Shown here: positions 24,079 to 33,584 of the stretch, in pieces
How positions within the stretch are numbered: position 1 is the stretch's first letter
Layout of the letters: every line of letters starts with the position of its first letter
Assembly: GCA_963812605.1 (NCBI GenBank)
Contig: CAWEWF010000014.1
Coordinates: 32,001-96,000, forward strand
Reading direction: 5' to 3'
Source of the DNA: an uncultured Verrucomicrobiae bacterium
GTDB taxonomy: Bacteria > Verrucomicrobiota > Verrucomicrobiia > Palsa-1439
DNA length: 64,000 nucleotides
Notes under the pieces: generated by a model
What the model was told of the DNA's origin: nothing
The model's input: the letters and a program-made list of their open reading frames with translations, nothing else
Databases searched by the model: none
Made by a program: the position numbers and the translations under genes

Positions 24079-24891
24079 GTGTACTTGCAGTACTACAACC
24101 TGCGGGAAGCGCCGTTCAATATCACGCCGGACCCGCGTTTTCTTTTTTACAGCGCGAAGCATCAGGAGGCGTTCAATCATCTCCTGTTTGGCGTTCGCGA
24201 ACGGAAAGGCTTTATCGAGCTTACCGGCGAAGTCGGCGCGGGCAAGACGACGATTTGCCGCAAGTTGCTTGAAGAACTTGGCCCGACTTACAAAACGGCG
24301 CTCATCCTCAACCCGTGCCTGAGCAGCCACCAGCTCATCAAGACCATCGCCATGGAGTTCGGCCTCAAGGCCCGGGGAATCGATCGCGTGGCCTATCTGC
24401 AAGCGATCAATGATTTCGTCCTCCAAGAGGTCAATCAAGGCCACGATGTGGTTCTCGTCATCGACGAAGCGCAGGATCTCAGCGATGAATTGCTCGAACA
24501 GGTGCGGCTGCTTTCCAATCTCGAAACGGATCGCCAAAAACTGATGCAGATCATCCTGATGGGGCAACCCGAACTCCGCGAGAAACTGCAACAGCCGAAG
24601 CTGCGGCAACTCCGCCAGCGTATCACCGTGCGCTATCACCTCCGACCGCTCGACGCGACCGAGACGGTCGCCTACATCAACCACCGCCTCACGCTCGCCG
24701 GCGCCAACGGCACGCCGCGTTTCGAGGAAGGCGCGGCCCGACTGGTCTTCAGATATTCCGAAGGCATTCCGCGTTTGATCAACGCTGTTTGTGACAAGAC
24801 TTTGCTGGCAGGATTCGTCATGCAGACCGGCTTGATGACGCGGAAACTGGTGGACCTGGCCATCGAAGAACTTCAAGGAGTGGCGGCGTGA
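24079..24891 (+). CDS. ExeA/GspA-like AAA ATPase
   Basis: PFNITPDPRF, Walker A GEVGAGKT, Walker B VIDEAQ, LMGQPEL, GIPRLIN; AGGAGG upstream of the GTG at 24079. Confidence 0.9.
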   Translation: MYLQYYNLREAPFNITPDPRFLFYSAKHQEAFNHLLFGVRERKGFIELTGEVGAGKTTICRKLLEELGPTYKTALILNPCLSSHQLIKTIAMEFGLKARGIDRVAYLQAINDFVLQEVNQGHDVVLVIDEAQDLSDELLEQVRLLSNLETDRQKLMQIILMGQPELREKLQQPKLRQLRQRITVRYHLRPLDATETVAYINHRLTLAGANGTPRFEEGAARLVFRYSEGIPRLINAVCDKTLLAGFVMQTGLMTRKLVDLAIEELQGVAA

Positions 24892-25549
24892 GCCTGATTA
24901 ACGAAGCCCTGAAACGAACTCGCGACGCTGCGGCCAATGGGGGCACTCCCCAGCGCGCTACGGCAAGCTATCGCGTCCAGAGCAAAGTCGAGTCGAGCGG
25001 CGCCAAGGGCAATTTCTTCGCCACAATCCTGATCGCCGGCGTGATTCTGGTCAGTGTCATTGTGCTCGGGTCGCGGATCGCCAAACGCGTTCAAAACGTG
25101 CAGGACGGTTTCGCTTCGAGTCCGGATGCTTCGGCGACAGATGCTCCCGTGGTGGAAACAAAGCCGTCCGGCCCGTGACCCAGACGGCGACGGAGCCAGC
25201 GCCCATGCCGGAAGTGTCACCCGGGGTTGAAACGCCCGCGCCGCCCGTGCCGGCGACAACCGTCGTGGCGCCGACCGCCGATGCAAAAACCACCGAGGAC
25301 CAAATCGTCAACAAACTCATGGAGCGGATCAAGGCCGAGCAGGGTGCCACGCCCAAGACGGCATCCGCGGACCTGCCGAAACTCGTTCTTCAGGGAATCA
25401 CCTACGCGAAGGATGGCAGCGACGCGATGATCAACAACCAGACGGTCCATGAAGGCGAGGAGATCGAAGGCGCTCGTGTCGTCACGATCGAGAGCCGCCG
25501 GGTAAAACTCGATTTCAACGGCCACGAGATTTCGCTGCGGTTGCCCTAA
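24888..25549 (+). CDS. ExeB/GspB-like membrane protein; frameshift near 25172
   Basis: MSLINEALKR start, one TM segment, Pro-rich linker, C-terminal LQGI.Y...AMINNQTVHEGEEIEGARV; start overlaps the exeA-like stop. Confidence 0.75.
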
Positions 25550-25614
25550 CGCGCTTCGCGCCGGTGGGTTTCTCTGGCAAACCCCGCGCCGCCTCCCTAT
25601 ATTCCTCACCGGAG

Positions 25615-25815
25615 ATGAAAATTTTCCAATGGGGCTTACTGCTGCGTTACATGGTGTACGGCGTTCTGCCGCTCGTCATCAGCTTCATTTTCCTGGAACG
25701 CCGCGTCGGCGAAGGCGCGGCGGGATATTTCTTCGTGGTGCTGGCGCTGGTGCTGCCCTTTGTCGCCGTCGGCTGGCTCGGGTGGCAGCATTTCCGTCAT
25801 CGAAAGCAGAAGTAA
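25615..25815 (+). CDS. Small two-TM membrane protein
   Basis: Hydrophobic 66-aa ORF with GGAG immediately upstream. Confidence 0.55.
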   Translation: MKIFQWGLLLRYMVYGVLPLVISFIFLERRVGEGAAGYFFVVLALVLPFVAVGWLGWQHFRHRKQK

Positions 25816-25839
25816 GTTGCCGTGAAAGGACAAGGATCC

Positions 25840-27258
25840 ATGGCCCGAATCGCGACGAGTGTCAGTTACAGTTTCACGATGCGTCTGCGCGTTGTGAACA
25901 ATGTGGGGATGTTCGCGAAACTCTTGCACGTAATCGCGCGGCAACAGGGCGATCCCGGCGCGGTGGACGTGGTCCGCGCGGACCGCAAATTCAAGGTGCG
26001 CGATCTCACGGTCAATGCCCGCGACGATGAACACGCCCACGCCATCATCGAGGCGGTGAAACGCATTCCGGGCATCACGGTCATCAATGTTTCCGACCGC
26101 GTGTTCCTCATGCATCTTGGCGGCAAGATCCGCATCCAGAACAAAATCCCGCTGACCACGCGCGACGCGCTCTCAATGGCCTACACGCCCGGCGTCGCGC
26201 GTGTGTGCCTCGCCATTGCCGAGGACAAACGCAAGGCCAGCACGCTCACGATCAAACACAACGCCGTTGCCGTGGTCAGCGACGGGTCCGCCGTCCTCGG
26301 CTTGGGCAACATCGGCCCCGAAGCCGCCATGCCCGTCATGGAAGGCAAAGCGATGCTTTTCAAGGAATTCGGCGACATCGATGCCTACCCGATTTGCCTG
26401 CAGACGCAAGACACGGAGGAAATTATCAACGCCGTAAAGTGGATCTCCACCGGATTCGGCGGCATCAACCTCGAAGACATCAGCGCGCCGCGTTGTTTCG
26501 AGATCGAAGACCGGCTCAAGGAGGAACTCGACATTCCCGTGTTCCACGACGACCAGCACGGCACTGCCGTTGTCGTTCTCGCCGCCGCGTTGAACGCCTT
26601 GAAGTTGCTCAAGAAAAAGATGAGCGAGATCAAAATCCTCGTCGTCGGCGCTGGTGCCGCGGGTGTCGCCGTCACCAAAATGCTGCAGGCCGCCGGCGCG
26701 CGCCACATTATTTGTTGCGACCGCAAAGGCATCATCTGCCGCAAACGCCTCCCCGACCTTGATTTCAGCAAGACGTGGCTGGCCGAGCACACCAACGCGC
26801 GCAATGTCAGCGGCTCCCTCGAGGACGCAGCGCGCAGTGCGCACCTGTTTATTGGTGTCAGCGGTCCGGGCGTCTTCACGGTCAACGCGCTCAAGAAGAT
26901 GGCGAAAGACGCGATCGTGTTCGCGCTCGCCAACCCGACACCGGAAATCATGCCGGAAGACGCGGAGCCGTACGCGCGCATCATCGCCACGGGCCGCAGC
27001 GACTATCCGAACCAGATCAACAATGTCCTCGCGTTCCCCGGCATCTTCCGCGGCGCGCTCGACGCCCGCGCCACCGCCATCACCGAACCGATGAAACTCG
27101 CCGCCGCCAAGGCCATCGCCGGCTGCATCACCCCCGACGAACTCAGCGAGGAATACATCATCCCCAGCGTCTTCAACAAACAGGTTTCCCGCCGCGTCGC
27201 CCGCGCCGTCGAACAGGCCGCCTACGCCGGCAATGTGGGGAAAAGGCCGAGGGGTTAG
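25840..27258 (+). CDS. NAD(P)-dependent malic enzyme with N-terminal ACT domain
   Basis: AYTPGVA, DGSAVLGLG, EGKAMLFK, INLEDI, FHDDQHGT, GAGAAG, ALANP, NQINN. Confidence 0.95.
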   Translation: MARIATSVSYSFTMRLRVVNNVGMFAKLLHVIARQQGDPGAVDVVRADRKFKVRDLTVNARDDEHAHAIIEAVKRIPGITVINVSDRVFLMHLGGKIRIQNKIPLTTRDALSMAYTPGVARVCLAIAEDKRKASTLTIKHNAVAVVSDGSAVLGLGNIGPEAAMPVMEGKAMLFKEFGDIDAYPICLQTQDTEEIINAVKWISTGFGGINLEDISAPRCFEIEDRLKEELDIPVFHDDQHGTAVVVLAAALNALKLLKKKMSEIKILVVGAGAAGVAVTKMLQAAGARHIICCDRKGIICRKRLPDLDFSKTWLAEHTNARNVSGSLEDAARSAHLFIGVSGPGVFTVNALKKMAKDAIVFALANPTPEIMPEDAEPYARIIATGRSDYPNQINNVLAFPGIFRGALDARATAITEPMKLAAAKAIAGCITPDELSEEYIIPSVFNKQVSRRVARAVEQAAYAGNVGKRPRG

Positions 27259-27302
27259 TAGCTCCAACAACCAAAAGACAGGCTCGCCATCACTGGTATT
27301 GA

Positions 27303-28874
27303 TTATTGTAACTTCGCCAGGTGACGCGCTTGTCTCGGCGGTGAACCGGGTATTGCGACAGCGCGCCTGCGGTTGGCGTCTTGCTGAAGCGCGCGATGAA
27401 CCTCCTCTTGCGGAAGGTTGATTTCTACCGTGAGATACCGCGCCGCCAGGTCCCGCAGTCGCTGCAGGGCGATGCTGTGCGTTTGCCTGGTCTGCGCGTA
27501 CAGCCAATCCGAGAAATGGAGAAATGACCAGAACGGCGAACCCCTCACCTTGATCCTCTCCCCCAAGGGGAGAGGGGACTCTGGAAACGCTGAACCGTCG
27601 CGCCAGAGGAGAGGCGTCGTCTCCACGAAATTGCCGCTGTTGCCAACGAGATCCCAGTAGCGGGCGAAGCGGCGCAGGCGCTGCATCGTGAAAAAATCGA
27701 TCAGCTTCGTCTGTAGGATTTCGTAGGGCGGTTCGGGACTGTAGACCATGCCCCATTCGCGGTCGTGACGCACAATCGGTGTCCCGCGCAGCCGTTTTAG
27801 CAGCCCGACCTGGATCTCCTGCGGTGCGAGCGCAACCAGCCGGTCAAACCCCGCCGCAAAACTTTCCAGATTTTCCCCCGGCAAGCCGACAATCAGGTCG
27901 GCATGGACGTGCACGCCTGTCTCCTTGCGGAGCCAGCGCAGATTTTCCTCGACCTTCGCGTTGTCCTGGCGGCGACTGATGAGCTTGGCGACTTCCTCGT
28001 TGAAGGTCTGGACGCCGACCTCGAATTGCAGCGCTCCCGCCGGAAACTTTTTGATCGGTTCGCGCAACGCCTCCGGCAAACGGTCGGGAATCATCTCGAA
28101 GTGCACGAACAACCCCGGCCGATGGCGTTCGAGAAAGAAATCCAGGATGGCCGAACTGATCTTGAGGTTGAGATTGAAGGTGCGGTCGACGAACTTGAAC
28201 TGTCGCGCGCCGCGGTCGAGCAAGCGCTGCATCGCCGCCAAAAACCTGTCGAGCGTGGCGTTGCGCACCGGGATGTCGAGTGACGACAGGCAAAACTCAC
28301 ATTCAAACGGGCAGCCGCGCGATGCTTCTACATAGATGACGCGATGCGCAATATCGGCGTCCGTGTAGAGTTCATACGGTAATGCCAGATGGTAGAAATC
28401 GGGCAGGGGAGCGGGAATGATATGCGGTTGTAGTGGGGCGGGCGTCTCGCCCGCCAATGGTTGTTGATTCAGCGGGCGAGACGCCCGCCCCACTAATTCC
28501 CGGCACACCTCCGCAAACGCCAGATCGGCCTCACCCGTGATGACGTGATCGACGAGACGGACAATTTCCTGCCGGTCGCATTCATAGCTGACCTCCGGCC
28601 CGCCCAGGATGATGATTAGCTCCGGCCGCAGCCGTTTCAAATCCGCCACCACGTGCAGCGACTGGGTTGCGTTCCAGATGTAAACGCCAATGCCGACGAT
28701 CTTCGGCTCATGGCGGAGAATCACCTCGACGACGTCGATGGGCCGCTGATTGATGTCGAATTCGAGAATCCGCGCCCGGCCTTGCAACTCGCCCAGGTTC
28801 GCCATCAGGTATCGCAACCCAAACGCACAGTGCGCGTACTTCGCGTTCAGCGTGGTGAGAATGATGTCCGGCAT
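27303..28874 (-). CDS. B12-binding radical SAM protein (DUF4080-type C-terminus)
   Basis: N-terminal cobalamin-binding domain; [11 protein letters not shown] (CxxxCxxC); KFVDRTFN. Confidence 0.9.
   Translation of the reverse strand: MPDIILTTLNAKYAHCAFGLRYLMANLGELQGRARILEFDINQRPIDVVEVILRHEPKIVGIGVYIWNATQSLHVVADLKRLRPELIIILGGPEVSYECDRQEIVRLVDHVITGEADLAFAEVCRELVGRASRPLNQQPLAGETPAPLQPHIIPAPLPDFYHLALPYELYTDADIAHRVIYVEASRGCPFECEFCLSSLDIPVRNATLDRFLAAMQRLLDRGARQFKFVDRTFNLNLKISSAILDFFLERHRPGLFVHFEMIPDRLPEALREPIKKFPAGALQFEVGVQTFNEEVAKLISRRQDNAKVEENLRWLRKETGVHVHADLIVGLPGENLESFAAGFDRLVALAPQEIQVGLLKRLRGTPIVRHDREWGMVYSPEPPYEILQTKLIDFFTMQRLRRFARYWDLVGNSGNFVETTPLLWRDGSAFPESPLPLGERIKVRGSPFWSFLHFSDWLYAQTRQTHSIALQRLRDLAARYLTVEINLPQEEVHRALQQDANRRRAVAIPGSPPRQARHLAKLQ
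27541..27578. repeat. BoxC-like repeat inside the radical SAM reading frame
   Basis: CCCCTCACCTTGATCCTCTCCCC-CAA-GGGGAGAGGGGA; encodes [13 protein letters not shown] on the minus strand. Confidence 0.75.
28431..28495. repeat. GTGG-type REP doublet inside the radical SAM reading frame
   Basis: Perfect 24-bp inverted repeat: TAGTGGGGCGGGCGTCTCGCCCGC (28431-28454) and GCGGGCGAGACGCCCGCCCCACTA (28472-28495). Confidence 0.85.
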
Positions 28875-28958
28875 GCTGGCGGCAAATTATGTCATACCCA
28901 GCGTTCGGGGCAATGCCCGAATCATCCCCACCACGTGAAACCGGCGTGAGCCGCCGCG

Positions 28959-29507
28959 TTATTTCTTCTCGAGCGGCGTGAATCGGAATTTCTGCCCGCC
29001 CACGCTGGCCTCAAACATCAAGCCGCCCTTGGCAACCGTGAAGACCACCACGCCCTGCTTGTACTTCGCATCGGCGGACGCGCTCTCGGCGGCGGCCACC
29101 GCGCTGACCCCGGCGCTCATGGCCCATTCGCTGCCCTTGAAGTTGTCCAGCGAGGTCTTGTCTTCGAAGAAGATCACCTCGGCGAATTTCTGGCCGCCCA
29201 ATTGCGCGCCGATCGTGACTTGTGTCATCCGCGCAGTCCCGACCAATGTTCCCTTCTCGAAAACCTCGCCGTCGCCCGCCGCGCCGCCGATGCCGACCGC
29301 GGCTTTGCCGATGCCCGGAAATACCACGTACCCGTACGCCGTATCGAAAAGCTTCCCAATCGTCGAGTCGGTTTTCTTGAAAAGCTGGATGGCGTCCTTG
29401 ACTTGTTGATCCACCGTGGGTTGTGCTTGAGGTTCATCCGCCGACGCCGCGAAGGCGCCCGCAAGTACAGCAACTGCAAACAGACCGATCAATCGTAACT
29501 TTCTCAT
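28959..29507 (-). CDS. YSC84/SYLF lipid-binding domain protein
   Basis: Signal peptide; GYVVFP.IGK, GAQLGGQ, GGLMFEASVGGQKF. Confidence 0.85.
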   Translation of the reverse strand: MRKLRLIGLFAVAVLAGAFAASADEPQAQPTVDQQVKDAIQLFKKTDSTIGKLFDTAYGYVVFPGIGKAAVGIGGAAGDGEVFEKGTLVGTARMTQVTIGAQLGGQKFAEVIFFEDKTSLDNFKGSEWAMSAGVSAVAAAESASADAKYKQGVVVFTVAKGGLMFEASVGGQKFRFTPLEKK

Positions 29508-29660
29508 GGTTCCCCCTCCATTGTGATGGCCGCCGTTGATGACGACCGTCGGGAGTGTAGCATAATGGGAAACCAAAAATCAAAGATTACAGATTCCGGG
29601 TAGTGTCCTGATTTGAGTCTCGCTATTTCATAAGGGCTATTAATAATGTTCGACAGCTAG

Positions 29661-30068
29661 ATGAACATTCGCAGAATGGCACTCGTGTTGAGCGGGACAT
29701 TATACGGCATCTCGCTTTTTTGTCCGGTCTTCGCGTTTCAAGAAGGAGACTCAGGATTTCTTCCAGGTTTTGTCTGTCTCGCGTTTGGTGCTTTCGCCGG
29801 GCAATTTGCTTGGTACGCCAACCCGTTTTATTTTGCCGCACTTATCGCATTGGGGATGAAGAAGCGCGATTTCGCTGCCCTCTTTTCATGTTCTGCGCTG
29901 GCAATAGCTTTGGCGACCTTATTGATCAAGGGAATTGAGAGAGATGAGGCTGGAAACATGACAGCCGTTGTGGGGTATCGACCGGGTTTTTATTTGTGGT
30001 TATCCAGCATGTTTGTTGTATTAGTGGCTGCCGTCATCGGTATCGTGAAGCCAGAATCATCGAACTAA
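29661..30068 (+). CDS. Hypothetical 4-TM membrane protein, AT-rich, gene-cassette-like
   Basis: Hydrophobic ORF (AWYANP...GFYLWL) flanked by GTTCGAC and ATCGAAC. Confidence 0.7.
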   Translation: MNIRRMALVLSGTLYGISLFCPVFAFQEGDSGFLPGFVCLAFGAFAGQFAWYANPFYFAALIALGMKKRDFAALFSCSALAIALATLLIKGIERDEAGNMTAVVGYRPGFYLWLSSMFVVLVAAVIGIVKPESSN

Positions 30069-30124
30069 ACGCTTCAGCCAAACGCAAAGCGAGTATGTGG
30101 ATTGGGTAATTGACTGCGGGAAAT

Positions 30125-31136
30125 GTGGTCGAGGCTTGACACTTGACATTTTACGTCTGGCGGGTCAACGTGCTAAACATGGCGCGACCGATTCGGGTGG
30201 AATTTCCGGGGGCTGTCTATCACGTGATGGCGCGCGGCAATGAGCGGCGCGACATCTTCCGCGATGATCGGGACCGAGAGCGGTTCCTCGACACCCTGGC
30301 CGGGGCGGTCGAGCGATACGGCTGGCGACTGCATGGCTACTGTCTCATGGGCAATCACTACCACGCGCTGGTGGGGACGCCGCGCGGAAACCTCAGCCAC
30401 GGGATGGGCTGGTTGCAGGCCACCTACACCGCGCGATTCAATGCGCGGCATCGCCGACGGGGCCACCTGTTTGCCGGTCGCTACAAGGCCCAGATCATTG
30501 AAGCCGATGAATATGCGCGCTGGCTGGTAGAATACTTGCATCTCAATCCAGTGCGTCCCACCAACAAACGTCAACGCCTGGATCCCACGCGTCAGGAGGA
30601 ATTGCAGCGCTACCGCTGGAGTAGCCACGGCGACTATGCCGGCTTGCGTCGCCAACCGCCCCCTTGGCTCTGCCTCGAATGGCAACGCTATTGGGGCCGG
30701 AACAAACGGGAAGCGGTCGCGGAATATCGAAAAGCCATGCGGCAGGCGTTTGGGTGTGTCGTCAGCAGCCCTTGGGAGCAAGTACGACGGGGATTGATCC
30801 TCGGGAGCGACGCGCTGTATGATCAGGTCCGACAACAGATCGAACAGCAGGACGGTTTGCAAGAAGCGCGCTGGACAGTTGCCGAAAATCAGCAGCGCGT
30901 GACCCAACGGATCAAGGAACTCGTAGCGCATGAACCGGACCGACGAATCCAACTCTGGGCGCGGGTGTGCTTGGGAGCTGAACGCAGCATCGAGGTGGCA
31001 CGGGAACGCGGGTATCGAGACGGAAGCGCCGTGCGCCAGGTCATCAAGCGCCTCGAAGTCACCGCCCAAACCGACCGCCAACTGCGAAACCAACTGGATC
31101 GTCTCCGCAAAATGTCAAGAGTCAAGCCTTGACCCC
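30125..31136 (+). mobile_element. RAYT (HUH/Y1) element bounded by 28-bp inverted repeats
   Basis: GTGGTCGAGGCTTGACACTTGACATTTT (30125-30152) versus AAAATGTCAAGAGTCAAGCCTTGACCCC (31109-31136); 25/28 complementary. Confidence 0.75.
30179..31132 (+). CDS. REP-associated tyrosine transposase (RAYT, Y1_Tnp) with C-terminal HTH
   Basis: MARPIR...YHVMARGN, CLMGNHYH (HUH), GHLFAGRY, YLHLNPVR (catalytic Tyr), YRWSS. Confidence 0.9.
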   Translation: MARPIRVEFPGAVYHVMARGNERRDIFRDDRDRERFLDTLAGAVERYGWRLHGYCLMGNHYHALVGTPRGNLSHGMGWLQATYTARFNARHRRRGHLFAGRYKAQIIEADEYARWLVEYLHLNPVRPTNKRQRLDPTRQEELQRYRWSSHGDYAGLRRQPPPWLCLEWQRYWGRNKREAVAEYRKAMRQAFGCVVSSPWEQVRRGLILGSDALYDQVRQQIEQQDGLQEARWTVAENQQRVTQRIKELVAHEPDRRIQLWARVCLGAERSIEVARERGYRDGSAVRQVIKRLEVTAQTDRQLRNQLDRLRKMSRVKP

Positions 31137-31173
31137 TTTATCTTTATTTTATTTACCAGAAGTCTTCCCTGCG

Positions 31174-31647
31174 CTAATCTGGCGCAGACTCCGAGGCTTG
31201 CCACGATACGACCCGCCATTTTCCCTGGCGGCGCACATACACCTTCGTGAAGCGCCAATCCTCATGGATATTCTTGTCCCCAAAGGTTCGTTCGCGCACC
31301 AAACGGCCCGTCACGACTGCGGCTTCGCCATAGATGCGGAAAGCGGTGTCGGATGTTTCATAGCGTTGGAACTTCATGCGTCCGGTCCGCCAGATCGCCA
31401 ACGATTGCGTCTTGTTCATCACCTGCATTCTGGGGACCGTAACGACTAATTCGTCCGCCCAGAGGTCGTCGAGGGCGGCGGTATCTCCGCGCAGGTGGGC
31501 GTCGTTCCACACTTTTTCGAGGCGTTGAAGTTCGACTTGGTCCGCGGCGTTGATTGAAGTGTCCTTGCGTTCCTGGGCGACCGCAGGCACGAGTGAAAAC
31601 GCTAGGAACAGGAGGCTTGCTGCCTTCGTCAGATCAACGAGTCGCAT
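31174..31647 (-). CDS. Secreted NTF2-like (DUF4440) protein
   Basis: Signal peptide; GDTAALDDLWADE...RFTKVYVRRQGKWRVV. Confidence 0.85.
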   Translation of the reverse strand: MRLVDLTKAASLLFLAFSLVPAVAQERKDTSINAADQVELQRLEKVWNDAHLRGDTAALDDLWADELVVTVPRMQVMNKTQSLAIWRTGRMKFQRYETSDTAFRIYGEAAVVTGRLVRERTFGDKNIHEDWRFTKVYVRRQGKWRVVSWQASESAPD

Positions 31648-31940
31648 GGATTCATTTAAGGGGCCGGATGAATTTCTGTCAAGGCCAGAGGGAAGGGGTC
31701 AGACCCGCGTAATCGCATATTTATCAGCCGACTTGGCAAGTATAGGATCAGACTGCGCGAAGGCTCGCCGAATCCGGACACCAGATTCTGCGTGAGACGA
31801 ATGGACGCGGAGTACTATCAGCAGTGCCGTGCAAGGTCTCACCGATATGAGCTTGCGCATTTCGCGGCTTGCGCCTAATACTGTGTTCACACGTTGGTTA
31901 CGGCTACTGGTCCGGAATCTGCGAAACGGAGGATAGGCCC

Positions 31941-32897
31941 ATGAAAGTCAAGAATTTGAAATATACCTTGGTTGCTTCGCTGATGGCGATTACGGCCGCG
32001 CTCAATGCCCGCGCCTGGGATGGCACGGGGCACATGCTCGTCGCGCAGGTTGCGTACGACCGTCTCAATGACAAGGCGCGCGCGCGCGTGGACGAATTGG
32101 CCGCCAAACTTCACAAGGGCGATGCGCCATACAACGGCATCAATATCGCGTGCTGGCCCGACGACATCAAAGGGCCGGCTTCCGACCCGCAATTCCGCGG
32201 CTTGTACAAACCGTGGCATTACATCGACATCGGCTGCAATCCCAACGATCCGGATCAATTCGCCAATCCTCCCGCGTTGACCCCGACCAATGGCAATGTC
32301 CTCGTGGCGCTGACGCACTGCGTGGATCTCATTCGCAACAAGCAGTACGATGCGCTCGTGACGAACGAATCCGTCGCGCTGGCCATGGTCATTCATTTCG
32401 TGGGCGATATTCACCAGCCGTTGCATACGACCGCGCGCTACAACCCGGACCCGAAGCCTGACGACAAGTTCAAGGATGACGCCGGCGGCAACGGCGTGAC
32501 CGTGGCCAATCTTGGCGACGAGGTTTGGGGAAAGAACCTGCATTCGTTCTGGGACGAGGCGTATCGGCGCTACTACGAGAATGGCCAGGTCCAGGCCCTC
32601 GACCCGCTCGACCATGCCGACGCGCCGGACAGTCCGCCGTTGAAGGAGTGGATGAAGAAACTTCCTCTTGATGTGCCTGGGAAGCTGGATACGACTTATG
32701 ACGTGAAGAAGTGGATCATGGAATCGCACGAGATCGCCTGCACACAGGTCTATGGCACGCTCGGCGAACCCTACGGTGCCAAGGACATCAAGTTGAAGGA
32801 AGAATACGTCAAACAAGCGACGAACACCGCGCGCCACCAGATCGTCGTCGCCGGCTACCGCCTTGCTGCACTGCTCAACGATCTTTACGGAAAATAA
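31941..32897 (+). CDS. Secreted S1/P1 nuclease
   Basis: Signal peptide then W.GTGH, WPDDIK, WHYID, HFVGDIHQPLH, GGN, NLHSFWD, AGYRLA. Confidence 0.93.
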   Translation: MKVKNLKYTLVASLMAITAALNARAWDGTGHMLVAQVAYDRLNDKARARVDELAAKLHKGDAPYNGINIACWPDDIKGPASDPQFRGLYKPWHYIDIGCNPNDPDQFANPPALTPTNGNVLVALTHCVDLIRNKQYDALVTNESVALAMVIHFVGDIHQPLHTTARYNPDPKPDDKFKDDAGGNGVTVANLGDEVWGKNLHSFWDEAYRRYYENGQVQALDPLDHADAPDSPPLKEWMKKLPLDVPGKLDTTYDVKKWIMESHEIACTQVYGTLGEPYGAKDIKLKEEYVKQATNTARHQIVVAGYRLAALLNDLYGK

Positions 32898-32932
32898 ACT
32901 CGTACAGTCGAGTGGTCGCGCAGCGAATACAA

Positions 32933-32969
32933 AAAGACGCGCTTCGGATACCGAAGCGCGTCTTTGTTT
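32933..32969. terminator. Probable bidirectional rho-independent terminator
   Basis: Perfect 15-bp stem AAAGACGCGCTTCGG-ATA-CCGAAGCGCGTCTTT with A/T tails, between convergent genes. Confidence 0.8.
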
Positions 32970-33001
32970 CTGAAACAGGCGGTTGATCGGGATCGCTGTG
33001 T

Positions 33002-33385
33002 CTACCGCCCGCCTTCTTCGTGTCGCTCCTCGCGTGGAGGCGCAGCATGCGAAGGATATCGCGCCCGAATTTCCTCGTGACGCTCGTAAGGAACCCGCGT
33101 GTTCAATCTTACGTTCACGCGCGCCCTCTCATGAAGCACAATGGTCGGCGGCAACCGCCGGCCGTTGTGCCACCCGCCGCCTCCGAACCAGAAATAAACG
33201 CCGGTAGCGGGGTAAAAATAGACTTCTTCGTCGGGATAATAGTAGTAATCGTAGCCTTCGACAGCCACCGGTGGCGGCGGTGGTTGGGCGTACGGTCTTT
33301 CTTCATAACAGCCGACAAGCGCCACCAGCGCAGCGGCTCCGACCAGTGGTAACAACACGTCCTTGGATTTCCTCAGACCCTTCAT
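33002..33385 (-). CDS. Putative lipoprotein (Tyr/Pro-rich)
   Basis: Lipobox-like LVGC followed by YYYYPD.EVYF. Confidence 0.7.
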   Translation of the reverse strand: MKGLRKSKDVLLPLVGAAALVALVGCYEERPYAQPPPPPVAVEGYDYYYYPDEEVYFYPATGVYFWFGGGGWHNGRRLPPTIVLHERARVNVRLNTRVPYERHEEIRARYPSHAAPPREERHEEGGR

Positions 33386-33584
33386 AACATTCCCCTTTCC
33401 GTTGTCGTTCCTTGATGCACCAAAGAAACGTAAGCCCGGTTTTTAAACTCGTCAAGAGACGGGATGGAATTCCCAGCGCAGCGCTTGTTGTGGATACGAT
33501 TCCAGGCTTGCACTTTGGGATGCGTGAGAGTATTTAGCGATCAAGCTTGGAGATGGAGAGGCTCAGTTTGCGAGGTGATGGCAC

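Noticed and set aside
24079-25549. ExeAB-like pair as the machinery for the shared C-terminal tag
   Set aside because: Proximity only; no secretin or other T2SS genes are present here.
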